Shown one piece after another: positions 63,068 to 64,000 of a stretch of 64,000 bases of DNA. Made by a program: the position numbers and the translations under genes. The DNA is from Macrostomum hystrix (taxonomy: Eukaryota; Animalia; Platyhelminthes): contig CATNEN010000040.1 of NCBI GenBank assembly GCA_950097015.1, positions 62,001 through 126,000 on the forward strand, read 5' to 3'. Under the pieces are notes generated by a model that did no database searches, had not been told where the DNA came from, and saw only the letters and a program-made list of their open reading frames with translations. Position 1 is the first letter of the stretch. The number at the start of each line of letters is the position of its first letter.

Positions 63068-63355
63068 GATTTATTATTATTCTTTGCAGGAGGGCTGCGG
63101 GCAATGGCACATCATTTGGTGACACTAGACCCGCAGCCAGCGAGGAGGCAATTCTGCCCAATTCGCTAACTCCTGAGCACACACGCACTCAGATACCGTA
63201 CACAGGCACACGCTCACACAGGTGTGTACATCTGCCCTGAATTTCTCATCGTCAGGCAGTGTACACTCTCACTGTGCCTTGGAGGTTGGCCCCCAAGGGC
63301 GTAAATTGCACGACAAGCCAACAAGCCTTCTATCCACGGCTGCGCCCCAAATAAA
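63068..63355 (-). mobile_element. SINE family 2 copy, 5'-truncated and inverted
   Basis: Reverse complement aligns with about 61150-61410; (AAT)n tail. Confidence 0.85.
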
Positions 63356-64000
63356 TGTGAAAAAAAAAATCGGGATTTTAGCTTGGGGCGAGTATGTGTA
63401 AAAAGCGTCTTTACTCTTTACCTGGGGAGAAAAGTTCAGCGAGGAGATTGGTTGCGTAAATTTTTAGTGGGCTCAACCAGGTGGGCTGTGTGTGTGTGTG
63501 CGTGTGTGTGTCTGCACGTGTACACGGCGAGAGGGCGAAGCGAGTAAAAGGCGCCGCCGACCAGTTGGACCCAGGCACGCCGCGTGTTTGTGTTCAATAA
63601 TGCATGCTTCCCCTTCCCCCAGCTCCATCTACCCAGCTTCCACTCTTTGCACCTATATTCCCATCGTTGTTGGCCCCTATGGGCTCCCAGTCCTGCACAA
63701 TGAGCAGAAACTTACTTATTAAAAAATCTAACACACGTGGGGCTCAGCGTATCGAATCCAATATTGAACGGTTGAATGGTCCAACCAATTCCAGGTGCTC
63801 ATACATTCCTGTCCCCTCGCCGGCCTCCCTATTGCAAATCCCTCTGCTAATATCCGTTCATCCCTGTTTTCGCATGACTGGTCGGATATGTGGGTGGCTA
63901 TTTAGGAAACGGACGTTGTCCCTTGTGCATTTCAAAGCGATTTTAAAAGACAGTAAGCCAATTTTGTACATGCTCTGGTTCTGTAACATCAGGTTTATAG

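Noticed and set aside
63400-63960. Possible snRNA or SL RNA (AATTTTTAG Sm-like site)
   Set aside because: No match to U1, U2, U4, U5, U11, U12 or flatworm SL sequences that I can recall.

Overview
Eukaryotic (metazoan) genomic DNA with spliced genes, GC-rich exons and about 35 distinct tandem minisatellite arrays covering roughly 24 kb of the 64 kb by manual tally. This architecture resembles a repeat-rich flatworm such as Macrostomum, which is an inference only. Supported genes: an orphan coiled-coil gene (3406-4705 +), a CGRRF1-like RING gene (7226-10710 +), a syntrophin (39064-34133 -), a small membrane ORF (40893-41147 +), two convergent nucleoplasmin-domain paralogs (43038-44446 + and 47415-45884 -) and BCAS3 (53464-58450 +). 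Mobile elements: an internally deleted P-superfamily transposon, a hAT MITE, an unclassified MITE and two tRNA-derived SINE families. Most long ORFs in the supplied track are artefacts of stop-free repeat units. The most notable signal is the inverted nucleoplasmin pair, which shares about 350 bp of identical sequence (core-domain half plus intron start) while the rest has clearly diverged. No rRNA, intact tRNA or CRISPR array is supported. All coordinates were read by hand, and repeat edges are approximate.
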